In this document: positions 11,901-26,721 of the stretch, piece after piece
Position numbering within the stretch: position 1 is the stretch's first letter
How the letters are laid out: each line of letters begins with the position of its first letter
Assembly (NCBI RefSeq): GCF_009914755.1
Contig: NC_060925.1
Strand: one strand, 5' to 3'
Source of the DNA: the human T2T-CHM13v2.0 reference genome, Homo sapiens
DNA: 64,000 nt
Translations under genes and position numbers: made by a program
Notes under the pieces: generated by a model
What the model was told of the DNA's origin: nothing
Database searches by the model: none
The model's input: the letters and a program-made list of their open reading frames with translations, nothing else

Positions 11901-14900
11901 ATTTTTAGGACTAATTGGTACCACCTATATTGTGTTAATCACTTTTCTGGCTAAAGTCCTAAGAGATGTGGATAATTCATATTTGGTATTGATACATTAA
12001 ACAAATATAAATAATTAGTTATGTTTAAAAATGTCAAAATTTTTACTAAAAAAGGAAAAATTATAGTGGTCTTCCCACAAGAGATTTGAAAAATAAGTGT
12101 ACTTAGACTGTCATCTTAATATTCAGCTCCTTATCATTCTTAATATTAGTGTCATAACTAATCATGAATTCTTTGGCATAAGTCTCAAGCAAAGGTAGTT
12201 TTAATTCCTGGCTGAGAAAACTGAAATATTAAGTAATTCAAATAATCACTTTTGGTATATATATATATATTCTTCTTTTTGAGTGAATGCCTATAGATAT
12301 CAAAATAAAGATAAATATTTAAATAATCTGAAAACAGAAATATCACAATTTTGAACATAGATGTATATATATATTTTTTTCTTGTCTAGTTTTAACACTC
12401 CTACAAATTTTGAATTAACAAAGTCTTTCTCATTTGTAGCTTGCTACCTTATCTAGTCATTGAACATTTAACACAGTTAAGTACAGTCTGAAATATATGC
12501 AAGCTAGTATAAATAATACATAGTACACATTTTAAAATGGCATTTCACAAGTTATGCCAAAGAGGTGAAAGCACTGATATATAAAGAGATTGACATTATG
12601 ATAGTGCCTCTCACCCATAATCACATTAAATATATTTAGAGAATTGTAAAAAGTAAAGTAAAAGAATAATTCTGTAATTAATTTGAATATTTTAAGATAG
12701 TAATGATGCCTTAGGAAATTACTCACTAAAACCTAGAAATTTCAATAAAGATTATTTTCTTGAGAATATAATCGATTTTAAAAGCACAATTTGAATTGTA
12801 CATACTATAAGAGAGAAGAGAGAAGTAAAAAAACATAAAAACCCAGATATCAAGTGAACAGAACTGGATATTTTTTCTTCATTTTTAGAAAAATGTTGAA
12901 TTTTTCATAGAGCTGAAAGAAATCCTCATTATAATGCATTTTTAAATGAAAAATGGAAGCTCTGAACTCACTGCCAAGCTACAACATAGGCATACTGAGC
13001 TGTATTTATCTCGTGAATGATTCTTGGAATTTTTACATCATTAGCCCTGGTTTTTTTTCTTTTTTTTTTTAACATCTGTTCTTTCTATTATTCTACTGCA
13101 ATATTGAAAACACCACTCAACATGTATCATGTTTCACCATCTACAAAAGTAATTGTTTTCCTTACATGAAGAAAATGTATGCTTACATATCTGAACATTT
13201 TAGAATCAAGAAAGTGCTTCATGGGTCACATTTCTTTTATCATTAGGAGGAATTCTTAACACCAATTTTCATTGACTTATTTGTAAAAAATATTTTAAAT
13301 AGTGAATAATCGTAAGTATAACTTATTTTATATATAAATGAGTAGAATTGTGTAATATCTTTGCCACTTGTCCTGGTTTGAATCTGAAAATGATGTAAAT
13401 TTTTTTGTGGACAGTGTTGCTCAGTGTGTGATTATATTTGGAGAAAGCCTTTAAGAGACAAAATTATCATTTGACATTCTTGATGATTTTCTTTTCATTC
13501 ATCCATGTTACTTGAGAGCAAGAGTAGAAAAAGCATTCACATAGGAATGTGAAAACTGGATATTTTATTATATGACATAATATTTCAGTATTTATGCTGG
13601 ATGCAATTTTAGAATTTTAGAAAATATAAAAATAAATATATTTTGTCCTCATTCAATGAGGAAACAAACACAGTAGATAAAAATGTAAATTTTTGTTCTG
13701 CAATAGAAGGGAAAAAAGACAAATGACATACCATGTTTATTGCATGAAAAAAAATTAAATTATCTAATGAAATGATGAACCATTCTGCAGAAATTATTTC
13801 AAGTTAATAAAGAAAATTTACTTGTCTGACAGTTATGATTTCATGTTAAAGAATATTTCAGCTTTTAGAACAGAAATATTTTAAAGTCATGTAGTCCATA
13901 GACTTGAACAATTAACTGTTTGGGAAAATAAATATAAATAAATGAAAATCCAATATTAAACAATAAGTTTATTTTAAAACTACAAATAAATGTCAGAAAA
14001 CATATGAGGAAAAGTGGATAAATCTATCTGGAACACTACGGTACAACATTTTGTAGAGAACATAATTTAGTTGATTCAGTGTTTATTATTTTTTAATCAG
14101 ATGAATTTTCAAAGTTCAATCCCTATTTTCCTACTACTTAACTATCCTTCTCAAATATGGTGACAATCATTTCTGTATTTTCACATATTACAGCTAATAA
14201 AATAAGGCAAGCTCTTTGTCTCACTGTGTCTTCAATAATATTCTGAAAGGTAGGTCTTGAAAGTGTGAAACTGAGATTTAAATAACATTATCAATGGATT
14301 GTTTCTGAGTATTAAAAGGCCATAAAATTAACAAGTTGACTTTTAATAAATATATGACTGACATTTATATTAGGATAATATAAGTATAAATATTTTATGT
14401 ATCTTAATATCAATATGATGTCTATTATAATCTAGTTATTATTAATTACCTTGTTAATTACATTTATTGACAACTCATACTACCTTTGGCTTAGAACATA
14501 TCTCAAATTCATAAGTTTCTGTTTAACAAAGGCTAAAGTCTACAAATGATCTTGAAACTTGCCACACTCTGATTTTTGTGTATGCCTAACAGTTCATTAT
14601 CTGACTTGTTGAATCATTTTATTTGTCTCCATTAACTCAAGATATTCCTGTTTAAAATAACTTTAAAAAAGTAATGGGGTTAATGTGAGTTACTCTCTTG
14701 AGTAAGAGAAGGACTTAATCTTGGTAAATTATATTCGTATACTAATGATCATCCTATATATTTATTTAGATTATTAACTTTAGAAAATGCATAATGATCC
14801 AACTTTCATTTAAATACTTTTAGTTCAGATATATATTCTTTAATAATAATATTTATAGTTTTAAAACTGACTGCTTATGTTGAAAATGCATTAACAGCAC

Positions 14901-15281
14901 CAACATACACCCATGTGAATATACATAACTGTGTGTGTGTGTAAATATACATATACACATATATATGAATGTAAAATCAGTAATTATTAGAGGGTTACTG
15001 AGATAACTAAGATTAGAGGTGACAACATTGAAAAGTAAAAAAAAGCGCAAAATAAAAGTTGACATTCCACGGTAGCTTTCTTCTGGGGCTTCCCAGTACT
15101 AAACATGGGGCAAAATTGTGATAATGCATGTTTTGCCCCCAAAACAGGCTGCTTATGTATTTGGGTTTCAATCCTTGATCTTACTATTTGTTTTACATTT
15201 TTTTCTCGTTACTTTTTCTCTCTTCAGCCAATCAATTGTTTATTTGTGAGTTACTCACACTTTTATTATTGTTTATTTGTT

Positions 15282-15749
15282 TCTCTATTTGTTTCCTGTG
15301 GATGCCATAACAAATTATAACAAATGTCATGGCTTAAAAACAATAGAAATTTATTCTCACAGCTCTGGAGGCCAGAACAGTTTCACATGATTCAAAATCA
15401 AGGTGCCAACAGGACCTTAATCCTTGAAGGCCCGTTAGAGAATTTATTTCTTGCCTCTTCCAGCTTCTGGCGACTGTTGATGTTTATTTATTTGTGGCTG
15501 CATCACTGCAATCTCTGCCTCTGTGAACATAGCACCTCTTGTTGTTTTGTGCATAAAATCTCCCTCGGCCTTCCTCTTATAAAGTCACTTCTAATTGGAT
15601 TCAGGGCCCACTTCAGCAACTCCAGATAATCACTGTATGTCAAGATACTTAACCACATATGTAAAAATCCTTTTTCCTTGTAAGGAAACATTTATAGGTA
15701 AAGAGATAGAACCTGATATCTTTGGGTGGCCATTGCTGGGCTTCCTACA
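15282..15749 (-). mobile_element. MLT1 (MLT1C-like) MaLR solo LTR
   Basis: GCCATAACAAATTA...GGCTTAAAAACAATAGAAATTTATTCTCACAGCTCTGGAGGCCAGAA...CTTGCCTCTTCCAGCTTCTGG. Confidence 0.85.
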
Positions 15750-16316
15750 GTTACTCCAGAGACGATAGCATGCATTTATGATTTTGCAGACCCTCCTGAG
15801 AATTTAAATTTCCAACTCATGTATAGATCCCTGAACTCTTTAATGTTGTATATTTTCTTCCACTTGTTGAGAAACATCCTTTGCTAATCACTGTGGAGTA
15901 ATGGAATGAGATTTGCCTTCCGACCTGTAAGCAACAAGAACAACCAAGCGAAATGCCTGATACAATCCTTTTTTGAGAACTTAATCATTGGACAACAAAG
16001 GACAGTATTATCTGAGAAATTTGGTTGAGGGAGATGAATCTTACAATTTTCTGTGTTTATTTGGCTGCGGGATAGGGAAAGGAAACTGAGAGAGTCCAAT
16101 AGGCTTTTTAAGTTGCAGAGATGGAGCTGAGATTTAGAGAAGTGCAAGGCAACTAGAGTTCAAAAGAAAATTTTCTGATTCTGATAGGGGAGGGCTACAC
16201 TGAGGAAAAAACCCTAAAAATTTGCAGAGGTGATCCTTCAAGAATTCAGCAGAATCGTTTTCAATGTATGCATGTAAGAAAACTATGCATGGCTGGGAGA
16301 TGAGGAGAGTTCGAGT

Positions 16317-16550
16317 ACTGGATTCTCAACCAGGGGATATTCACCACCACTCTCTCCCACCCCCACCAGGTAACTTTTGCGATGTCTGAAAACATTTTTG
16401 ACTTACACTACTGGGGAAATGTTCCTGGTATCTAGTCTGTAGGGGACAGTGATACTACTAAATATCCTGCAATGTACAGGACTGCCACTCTCCCCACAAT
16501 ATAGAATTACCCATATCAGAATGTCTATAATACTAAGGTTAAAAAAACAC
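16317..16550 (+). mobile_element. MER20 (hAT-Charlie)
   Basis: TTCTCAACCAGGGG...GATGTCTGAAAACATTTTTG...TACTAAATATCCTGCAATGTACAGGAC...AGAATTACC...AAGGTTAAAAAA. Confidence 0.85.
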
Positions 16551-16599
16551 ATATTATAAGGGACAGTAGCTCCATTACACAGATAATGTGTAACGTGAA

Positions 16600-17035
16600 C
16601 AGGGCCTATTCCCAGCAGTTACCTTATAAAAATTCATAATTCATGTGGAACTGGAGAGACAACTATAAAATCTTGCCTGAGTAGGAGGAAATACTCAGAA
16701 TTGCTCTACACCCACATAACAAATCATAAGACCAATATCAAGTAGAACAAAATGGCTTCCAGGTAACTTAACTATACATTAGAAGAAGGTCAAAAATTAT
16801 TTATAGAAATATAGAAATATCCAGAACCTGAAAATGTGTAATAGACAATGTCTGATATTCAATCAAACATTATGAGGCATCCAAAGAGGCAGAAAAAAAA
16901 ATGGTTCACAACGATGAGGGTAATCATTCAATCAAAACTAAATGAGAAATGAGGCATATGTTGCAGTTTGCAAAGAAAGACATTAAAATATGTGTTATTA
17001 CTATGTTCAGTTTCAAAGGTTCAAAAAGTAGAAAC
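16600..17035 (+). mobile_element. Old L1M (MC/MD/ME) 5'/ORF1-start fragment; probably extends upstream of MER20 to about 16000
   Basis: ACAATGTCTGATATTCAATCAAACATTATGAGGCAT...AAAGACATTAAAATATGTGTTATTACTATGTTC. Confidence 0.55.
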
Positions 17036-17059
17036 ATTAAAAATGGATTATTGTTTTCA

Positions 17060-17390
17060 TGAATCTTATATTTAATCAATGTTAAATTTCAAGAGCTAAA
17101 ATTTGTTTTAAATAGTCAATATTTAGATTTATATACATATTTAAACATCTGTATGTTCACCTTTCTTCATTTGGTATTTTACATTCAGAATCATATTTTA
17201 TCTTGAAGCATTTCTTCAATTATTTTTATCATAATGACTGATTGGTGTTAAATTTAGTTTTAATGTATTTAAAAATTATTTCTTTCAATTTCACTTTTGA
17301 AGAATTTTTTTGTTGAGCACAGAATTCCAGCATTCAACAATTAATGATGTTATTCACTGTTTTCTGGCCTTCCATATTTCCGTTATAATA
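17060..17390 (-). mobile_element. Old L1M fragment
   Basis: TTCACTTTTGAAGAATTTTTTTGTTGAGCACAGAATTCCAG...ATTCACTGTTTTCTGGCCTTCC. Confidence 0.45.
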
Positions 17391-17969
17391 CATAAATCTA
17401 TCTTTGCATATATATGTCTATCTGTAGCATAAGAAATATTCATATATGTGCATTGATAAATATACTTTAAATAAATATTCAAAATATATGCATTTATATG
17501 TCCATATATTTAAATATATTAATCTATGTATATATGAATAGTTGTTATGCTAGAGAAAAATTGCCTACATATGTGCAAAACTCAGATTTGGTCTATAGAC
17601 ATATGTTATATGCCTATATACGTACAAAGCACAGATCCAACTTATTCTTTCATTAAATAAAACTGGCAATTCTTGGCAGCAACTTGTATTATACCAAGAC
17701 TTGGTAGTTTTGAAGTTCTTACTTGCGTTTATCTTTAGTCAAGGAAAATTCTGGGTATAATTTACTTCCCCAGTCATTTCTGCAAGTCTGAAAGCTAGAG
17801 CCTCGATTATCACATTGCTCTGGCAGGACTTCTGTCTACATATCCACTCCAAGAGCTAGGGAGAGAGTCTATATTGTTTGTCATTTTACTAGTAATTATT
17901 TGGAGAGGTAGCTCAATAATTTTCATATTTTTAATTTTCCCTAGTTGATTCAATGTTGACCATACTTGG

Positions 17970-18385
17970 AAGCAGACAGACTAGGCAGAAAGTGAAGAGT
18001 AAAAGAAAAAAATGCATGAAGGCCACATGCTCAGGAACTTCAGCATTCATTTATGGTATGAGATTATAGTTCAACAAGGGATGCAACTTAGAATAAAGTG
18101 GTAAATTATGAGAAATAATTGTGACCTATACAGTGAAGAACTAAATGCAAAAAACATCTAAAAAATTAGAGGTTGGTCAAATACTTGGAATGCCGCTAAA
18201 GAGGCCAAGAAAAGTGAAAAATTTGATTTGAGTGACCAGAGCAAAGTAATTTTCAGTGGAGTGGTGAAGAAAAAAGTCAAAAAAAAAGTAATTTCAAAAA
18301 GAGGTGGGGATGAGGAAGAAATGTAACTATTCACTCAGTAGCTATTGAAGATAAACTAAAATTATGAGCAAAAACACGCTTCTTT
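17970..18385 (-). mobile_element. L2 fragment
   Basis: TGGTCAAATACTTGGAATGCCGCTAAAGAGG...TTTCAGTGGAGTGGTGA...GGGGATGAGGAAG. Confidence 0.5.
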
Positions 18386-18406
18386 GAAAACTTAACTATC
18401 TAAGGG

Positions 18407-18734
<328 letters not shown>

Positions 18735-19206
18735 CTAAACTAAAATGCATGTATTATTTCAAATGTTCTTTCTACTTAAAAATGTTTTATATCATTTGCC
18801 TAAATCTTCTGATACGTGCTAATAGCATAGAGTGTTATGATAAAAATTGTTATTTAGCATAACAGTTGCAGGCACAGCTGAAATATGATGGCATATCATA
18901 CTGAAAATTGCCCCTTATAATTTACTTTAAAATATGTGGAGTTCTGTTTTACATGCTTCGTGTGTTTCCAGAAGTAGCCATCAATTTTTTTTACTACCTA
19001 ACATTTCATTAAAAGCAAAGGGAAAATCACCATTGTATTCTAAAAACGAGCCAAGGAAATATGATCCAGAATGATGGAGAATATGCTGAAAGTATGATTA
19101 AAAATGATGATAAAATATGATAAAAGTACAAATAAGATAAAAGTAAATAGCAAAGATGGAAAAAGAGGGCCAAAAAAATTTAATTTATAACCTTGTGTCA
19201 AACTTT

Positions 19207-19370
19207 TCTTTAAAATTTAACTCTGCAGTAGCTTAGATTTCAAGAAAGTTAATATGAACAATTCAAAGTAAAAATGTAGTCTACTAAATATCTTTAAATG
19301 AAACTCTGCAGTAGCTTGGATTTCAAGAAAGTTAATATGAAGAATTCAAAATAAAAATGTAGTCTAAATA
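19207..19370. repeat. ~83-bp tandem duplication
   Basis: AACTCTGCAGTAGCTT(A/G)GATTTCAAGAAAGTTAATATGAA(C/G)AATTCAAA(G/A)TAAAAATGTAGTCTA at 19219-19283 and 19302-19366. Confidence 0.93.
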
Positions 19371-20166
19371 CAGGTTGAAATGGAGACTAAAGCATACTCA
19401 CTCATATATTTTTAAATATAACCATTTGAAATGCATATTCATAAGAACTAATTCATCTAACTCCAATCACATCTTATTTTAGTTCACAAGCACTGGCAAT
19501 TTTTGCCTTTATTATGAGGAAAGAACAATCACATTAGAAAGCCTTGTCATTCTCCCAGTAATGAGTTCAATATGACATTTTGGAAAATGCTTTGCTGTGA
19601 CTAGAATAGCAATGTTGATTTTATATTTTGAAAAGATGCTTCAAAACACAGACAGTGAGAACAATTTCATATAGGGATTTATTTTTTTCCCATTTCAATT
19701 TGAATGTGAGTTAAATTCTAAATTACAGTAATTGTGTACTGTTTTCATGTTACTATGAAGTTTCAAATTGTGGGCTAAGTCTTTTTCTGGAAGCAGAATC
19801 CCATCAATAGAAAATTATTTTAAAAACTGCTATTATTGATTTTTAGTACAAGATATTTGATTTACATCCATGGAAAATACCAGTAATTATGCATTAAATC
19901 AGAAGTATTTAAATGAACACAATTTTCATAGTACAGTCATAGTGAGGAAAAGAAAATTTCTTATTAGTTCAACCTTTTTAAGCTACTGTATCTAGTTTTA
20001 GAGTTGAAAGGTGTATGAATGTATACTACTTAAGGCCATTTTGCAGAAAACAAAGAGAAGCCTATTCTAACACAGCTTATTTCTAATTAGCATTATTCAT
20101 CTGTATTTTCCATCCTATAGTTCTTTTTGAAACTGTCATGTCACAAAACCAAATGACACTAGGTAA

Positions 20167-20719
20167 TGTCAAATAAAAAATAGCACAAGACAAAATTAAA
20201 TAGATAAGGAAAACTTTATTCAAGGCAGTGAGAAAGAAGATGACATAGTCTGAAGTTAACTCAGCTAAAACAAAGGGCAGAATTTTTAAAAGCAGAGTTG
20301 GGAAGATATTAGGCCGTCTGTATGTGCTAATTGCACTTACCCAGAAGAAAAGCAAGCTCTGTCCTGCCTTCCCAACAGAAGCAAGGTAGCCACTGAAGTT
20401 GCTCAGAGACTAGGGGATAAGGGTGCTATCTTTCTTGATGATTTCATTTCAAAGAAATTGTCCTCAGGACCTGGGGGAAAATAGTCTTGGCTTGTAAAAC
20501 TGGCAAAAGAGGCTTTTTGAAAAATTTAGAACTCAATGGGTCAGAGAAAGAATGTACAGTCATAATTTTTTTAATTAAATGTTTCAGGAAAAGGGAGAGA
20601 AAGGGTGTCTATGGTTAGGATATATGGATTCTGTAAGGGCTGGAGTGAGAGGAAGATCAGGGGCCAAGTTTGGCTAAAGTCTAGTTAAGCTGAGGGAAAT
20701 GTTAAGGCCATCTTGGTCA
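20167..20719 (-). mobile_element. ERV1 solo LTR (MER67/MER31-like)
   Basis: TG...CA ends; minus strand begins TGACCAAGATGGCCTTAACATTTCCCTCAGC; AATAAA near its 3' end; flanks GTAA/GTAT. Confidence 0.7.
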
Positions 20720-20899
20720 GTATTTATTTTTAAGTGTGCACAATCTAGAATTATTGATTCATGTTTTAGAAATACATGGGTTTCCTATAATGCAATATAG
20801 GGTTTCCTATAATGTGATGATTAACTTCAGAGTTCAATTTAAAAAAATAAAAAATAATATAAAAATTATTTTTATTAAAATGCGAAAGGAGGCATACAT

Positions 20900-21035
20900 T
20901 GTGGTAAGGGGCAAAGGCTGAAAATAGCAAACTAACTAGGTGCTCAGCAAAAACATTTGTATTCTCAAGCCTCCTTTGCAATTAGGTTGAGGTCATGTAC
21001 CTGGACCTGGATTCTCATCAATGGAATGGGTGTCT
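20900..21035 (+). mobile_element. Old MLT1 (J/K-like) LTR fragment
   Basis: CAAGCCTCCTTTGCAATTAGGTTGAGGTCATGT...CAATGGAATG. Confidence 0.5.
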
Positions 21036-21529
21036 AGTTTAACATGCCATGAATTGACTTCTTTAACATGACAAATAATTTAGTTGATCCTTAATTCTAA
21101 TATTCAATACTAGATGTTATAATTACTTACATTTAAAATAAGTTTCCTTATGGAAAACATAAATAAATATAAGAAATTATACTAAAGCCACTTCAAACAT
21201 TCCATCTGAACAGAGCTACAGATATGATTATAATAAACTCGGTAAAACATGCTGAAAAATACTAACTGATTCAAAATTTAAAAATATTTGATACCTTTGT
21301 TTGAATTTCTTTTATTTACTTTTATTATATGTTACAAATCACATCTAGAATATTGTGTTTTTCCAAGAACAGTTAAAAGAAAGAGATTTGCACTATGGCC
21401 TTCACTAACAATTCATAACCACTATTTCCATGGTGCAAAATGCCTCAGGACACGTATTTTCCTACTCCATTTACTCAACCATTTATCAAGATGAGACTAC
21501 TTAATTCTTCTCTTTTTTTCTACAATATT

Positions 21530-23120
21530 TAGTAACTTCACTCACTGAGAAACTTGAAGGAATTAAAAAAGAACTATATGCTCCCAGTGTTCATATATTA
21601 ACCATTTTTATCCATATGTTTTACCCTGTTTTTCTTTAGATTTACATGAATTATCCCTTGTTCCATTTAATTTCAGTCCCCCTTCTTATGCACTAGATGC
21701 CATTACTTCTTTTTCATTACAGACATTGTTCTAGAAATTTTCCCTTCTCTTGACACATTTCAAAATGTTCCTCACTCTACTAAAAGATTGCCGTCAGCAT
21801 ATACTCACACATATATGCTCACACACACATATATGCAGCCCATAACTTTAGCAAAAGTATTTTGTAAATTACAAATGGTCTCCACTTTGCTAAACATAAT
21901 TGTCTTTTAAAAGTATTCATGTTACTTGATATATCATAGGAATTCAATACATTTTCATTTGGCCTTTAGGATATCATAGTCATCTAATTTACCTCCAACT
22001 AAATTTTCCAAACATTTCTTTACATTTTCTTTTGGCAAATCATCCTCTCCTTCCCCACCTCCCACTGCCCTGGTACTCATTCCCTGAAAATTGTCTCTCT
22101 TCTTCTTTCCTCTACGTTTTCATTCTACACAGACTTCCTTGTAGATCTCATGCATTATCAAATCTTTAAATAAAATATATATCTTTACTCCTTCCAAATT
22201 TATATCTATACTCTAAATATGTCCCTTGAATGTCAATTATATATATTCAAACTAAGTGTCATCACTACCTAGCACTTGTAGCAGGCGTCTTGACATTTTC
22301 ATGTCCTAAATTTAATTCCTGAATTTCCAGAGAAAATTTGTTCAGGACACATATTTTCTTTTTACCATACCAACTAATGGTAAGTTCATCCTTACATTTA
22401 CTCAGGCAAAATGCCTTGGAGTTATCCTTGCCTCTTTTCTCTCTTTACTTCACCTGACATTCGGTCCATAAGAAGTTCTCATTGAGCTTGCATTTAAATA
22501 TATACATAAGCTAACCACTTCTCATTATCTTCATTGTTTCACTCTGTTTCAAGCCACCATCAATTTTTGTATGGATTCCTGCAAGAGACTCAAAACTTGT
22601 CTCCATGTTTCCACCTCTGCTCATTTATATTCATTTTCAACACAAACTAAACCCAGAGTAATTTTTCAAAGCTAAAATGAGATCTTATAATTTCTGTAAT
22701 CAAAAATTCTAATGGTTCCCCATTTCTCTCAATTAAAACCTGTAGTTCTTACAGTGAACACATTTTGCACCAACTGTGCTCTCTGCCTGGGATTGCCTTT
22801 CCCTGGATACGTGCATTGCTACCTTGATCATTGTCTTCATGTTTTTATGTAAGTATCTGCTGTTCGACTGGACTTATTTCAAACATCCCTGCTTAAATTA
22901 TACTTATCTTGAACCCCTGATCTTCACTATCTTGAGTTTTTATACTTTCTAACATACAATATACTCTAAATGTTGTTGTGTTTAAAAGTAATTATCTAAA
23001 TTCTCCCAATAGAGCGCAAATTCTCTAGAGGCAGAAACATTTTTTTGTTGTTGTTGTTGTTTTGCTTTGCTCACTGATGATTTCCTGGATCTAGAATAAG
23101 TGTTTTAAATATTCTTTGAA
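21530..23120 (+). mobile_element. L2a, long degraded copy
   Basis: CCTTGGAGTTATCCTTGCCTC, CAAGCCACCATCA, CCAGAGTAATTTTT, CTCTCTGCCTGGGATTGCCTTTCCC, TAGAGGCAGAAAC. Confidence 0.75.
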
Positions 23121-23714
23121 TAGCTTTCCTCACCTGTTGCTTGGTTAGTGTGGATCCCAACATTTAAGGACACTGGATGGATTCATCGCCTAAATTTAGC
23201 CACCTCTCAGGTAAATGAGAAGCAAGTTTATGACCAATATTAGCCAACTGGTACCAGGCTACATAATTGGTTGGACTCTTGAAAAGAAAGCTTATTGGTA
23301 GATGAAGCTGAAAAGATGCGAGGGTGGGAACTGCTGTGATTACCTAGCAAACATAACATGACATTCTGTGGAGAACAACGGCATCTTTGAGAACCAACAA
23401 GAAGATGAAAAGGGGGAGCATGTGCTGACACAGATGTGTACCACTCTCCAGTGATCTATGAGGGATTGAAAAAATAGACATCAGTGGAGCAAAAAGTATT
23501 ATATTTTGTCTTGAAATAAACCTTTGATTTACATTTTGGCTCTTATTTTCTTTGTAGTGGTCAGCTATATGTACTTATATTTTTACAGTCAATACTTTGG
23601 ATAAAGGATAATTGGTATGGAAATATGCTTCCTCTAAATTACTTTTATATCTTCAAAATTTTCTTTAATATGTTGTCCAAATATTACATTGAAATATGAA
23701 AATAAAATATCACT

Positions 23715-24030
<316 letters not shown>

Positions 24031-25460
24031 TCACTTACATTTGCTACCATTAGTATCTACTATAAAATTTAAGCAACAACAAAAATGAAAAGGTGATATG
24101 CTCTACATATTTACAATTTTTCATTTAAATTGATGTCATTAAGCTTTATGAAAAGCTTAGTTTATTGTCTTACATTATGAACTCCATTACAAACTGGCAC
24201 TGCTCCAAACTATTATTCTGCAGGACACTAACTAGGTGTCTGGCATCAGAAAATTGATTATTACTCATGTTATAGTATTGTCATGAGGATTGAAGGGTGA
24301 GTAAATGCTGGCTATGTGAAAAAGAAAAGAAGAAATATTAAACCTCTATTTGTTGTTATTTCTGCATTAAATCTATTCAAAAGATAATTTTTGTGTGTTT
24401 AATCATGTTCTTTGATCATGTATTAGCATGTTTATGGGATATTCGATACTTCAGAGAATTCTAAAAAATATGAACTGTATTATTTTCATATTGATCTATT
24501 CATTAGTCAAAACTACTTAGTTGTAATTGTCCAAGGCAGTGCAACCAAGTAATAACCACTTTTTTCTCTATAATATTGGATGAAGCCATGCTAACAGAGA
24601 AATAATTGAAATTGTTGTGTGGAGTTTTCTTTCAAATAAGACGAGTTTAATGATAATTTGGTTGTGTTTGCTGACATAATTATCCATATTGCTTCAAAAA
24701 CCTTAAAATAATTAGTATTTAACACACACCCTGCGATAAAAAGATCGTTCATTAAGACAAAGGTAAAAGCAATTTTAGAAGAACTGTAACAGACTCACCT
24801 TACATGCATTGTCTTTTTAATTGCTCTTGGCTATTAAATTATGTAAGTATCTATCTTCCATGTCAGCAGAATTACTAATTCTACAGTATTTCATTGGATG
24901 GAATGTGAGATTTTCTTTTAATTTCTGAAAATGGATGCTCTAGTCAATACACACAAGGTGTATAACATTTGCATGCTTTATAACAATTCTAGCAACCTTG
25001 TAAAAAGTGCAAATTATTTCTAAATTTCTGGGAATTACTGTGATTTATATTTTAAACATAGTAGGATAATATAAATATATAAGTCAAGTAGTAAAGGAAA
25101 CAAGGAGAGTTTGATAAATGATATGTTGTATAAAATGGAAAGGATTTTAGTAAAACTATGCAAATTAAAAAATATATTAACATAAGTATAATATTTGAGA
25201 AATTTTTTTGCTCAATCATTAAAGTATGCAGTAATTCCTGAGCTGTCATATATTTCACCCACAAATTTTTAAAACTTAATATATAGTTCAAAACTGTGTA
25301 AACAATATTAAATATAAGAAGAATAAAAATATAGTCAAGGTATTTAAACAATGCATGCGAATCTCCAAATTTAAGACTGCAATTTCCTCTGAATAAATAT
25401 TTGTGAAATAGATTGATAAATGGAATATTGGAGCTTTAATTCTTTCATAATGTTTGCTTC

Positions 25461-26124
25461 TTTTTAAATCTTTAATTTTTATTGATACATAGTATTTGTA
25501 CATATTTATGGGGTAAATATGATATTTTGATACAGGCATACAATGTATAATGATCAATCAAGATAATTGAGATATCTATTACCTTGAATATTTATCATTT
25601 CTTTGTGTTAAAACATCCTGATTCCCCTCTTACAGATCTTCTGAAATATACAATAAATTATTGTTAACTATAGTTGCCTTACTGTGCTACCAAACACTAG
25701 ATCTTATTTCTTCTACCTAACCGAATTTTTGTACCCATTAAGCATGCCAGTTTACTCCCCTCCCTTGCTATCTACCCACCCTCTGGTAGCCATTTTCTCT
25801 CTTCTTGAGATCTATTTTTTGAGTTCCCACATGTAAGTAACAATATGCAATATTTGTATTTCTGTGCCTGGCTTATTCACTTAACATAACGTTCTCCAGT
25901 GCCATCCATGTTGTTTCAAACAACAGAACTTCATTCTTTTATAAGGCTAATATTAGACTGTGTATATGTACTATACTTTATTCATCTGTTGATGGACACT
26001 TAGGCTGATTCCATATCTTGGCTATTGTCAAGGTTGCTGCAATAAACGTGGGAGTACAGATATCTCTTTAATGTACTGATTTCCTTTCTTTTGGATATAT
26101 ACCCAACAGTGGGATCACTGGATC
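25461..26124 (-). mobile_element. L1MA (about MA4/5) 3' end
   Basis: ATTGATACATAG...ATATTTATGGGGTA...TTGATACAGGCATACAATG...TGTGCCTGGCTTATT...CATCTGTTGATGGACACTTAGG. Confidence 0.88.
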
Positions 26125-26676
26125 TGAAGAAGATCTGAAATAATTTTTATTGATACACGATTTCTCCTTATATTTTCACTGCATCTTTTTGATTGATGAG
26201 AAATAGCAAATTTTTCTTAAATAACATACACAAACAAGGGGTCTGTTAAAATTATTTTATCTTCAGATTTGGTGTAGAAAATAATAGAGCAGGTATTCAT
26301 TTTTCTTCATAAAACTGATGTGACATTTCTCATTTTAGAAAAGTAGAAAAGAGGTCAGACCAATATATTATGTTCAAGAGGTAATTTTTGAATGCAAATA
26401 CATCAGGAATTTCACAATATTCTTACTCTTCCAACTAAATAAACCTATTTGCTGAAAAATGGCAGATAATTTCATTCAGCATTAATTCAATCCTTAAAAC
26501 TGAGTCTGAGAAATAAAAGTGAATGAGAGATGATTTCTTCATTATTAAATTACACTTTCAAAATAAATTGATGTTTGTTAATAAATATTTAAAGTGAGTC
26601 CAATTTTCTCAATGTTCCAAAATCATCACTATATTAATCTCATGAAAGGATAAGAAATTCTATAATTTTATATTTT

Positions 26677-26684
26677 TGTGTGTG

Positions 26685-26714
<30 letters not shown>
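26677..26714. repeat. (TG)n microsatellite
   Basis: Direct reading. Confidence 0.95.
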
Positions 26715-26721
<7 letters not shown>

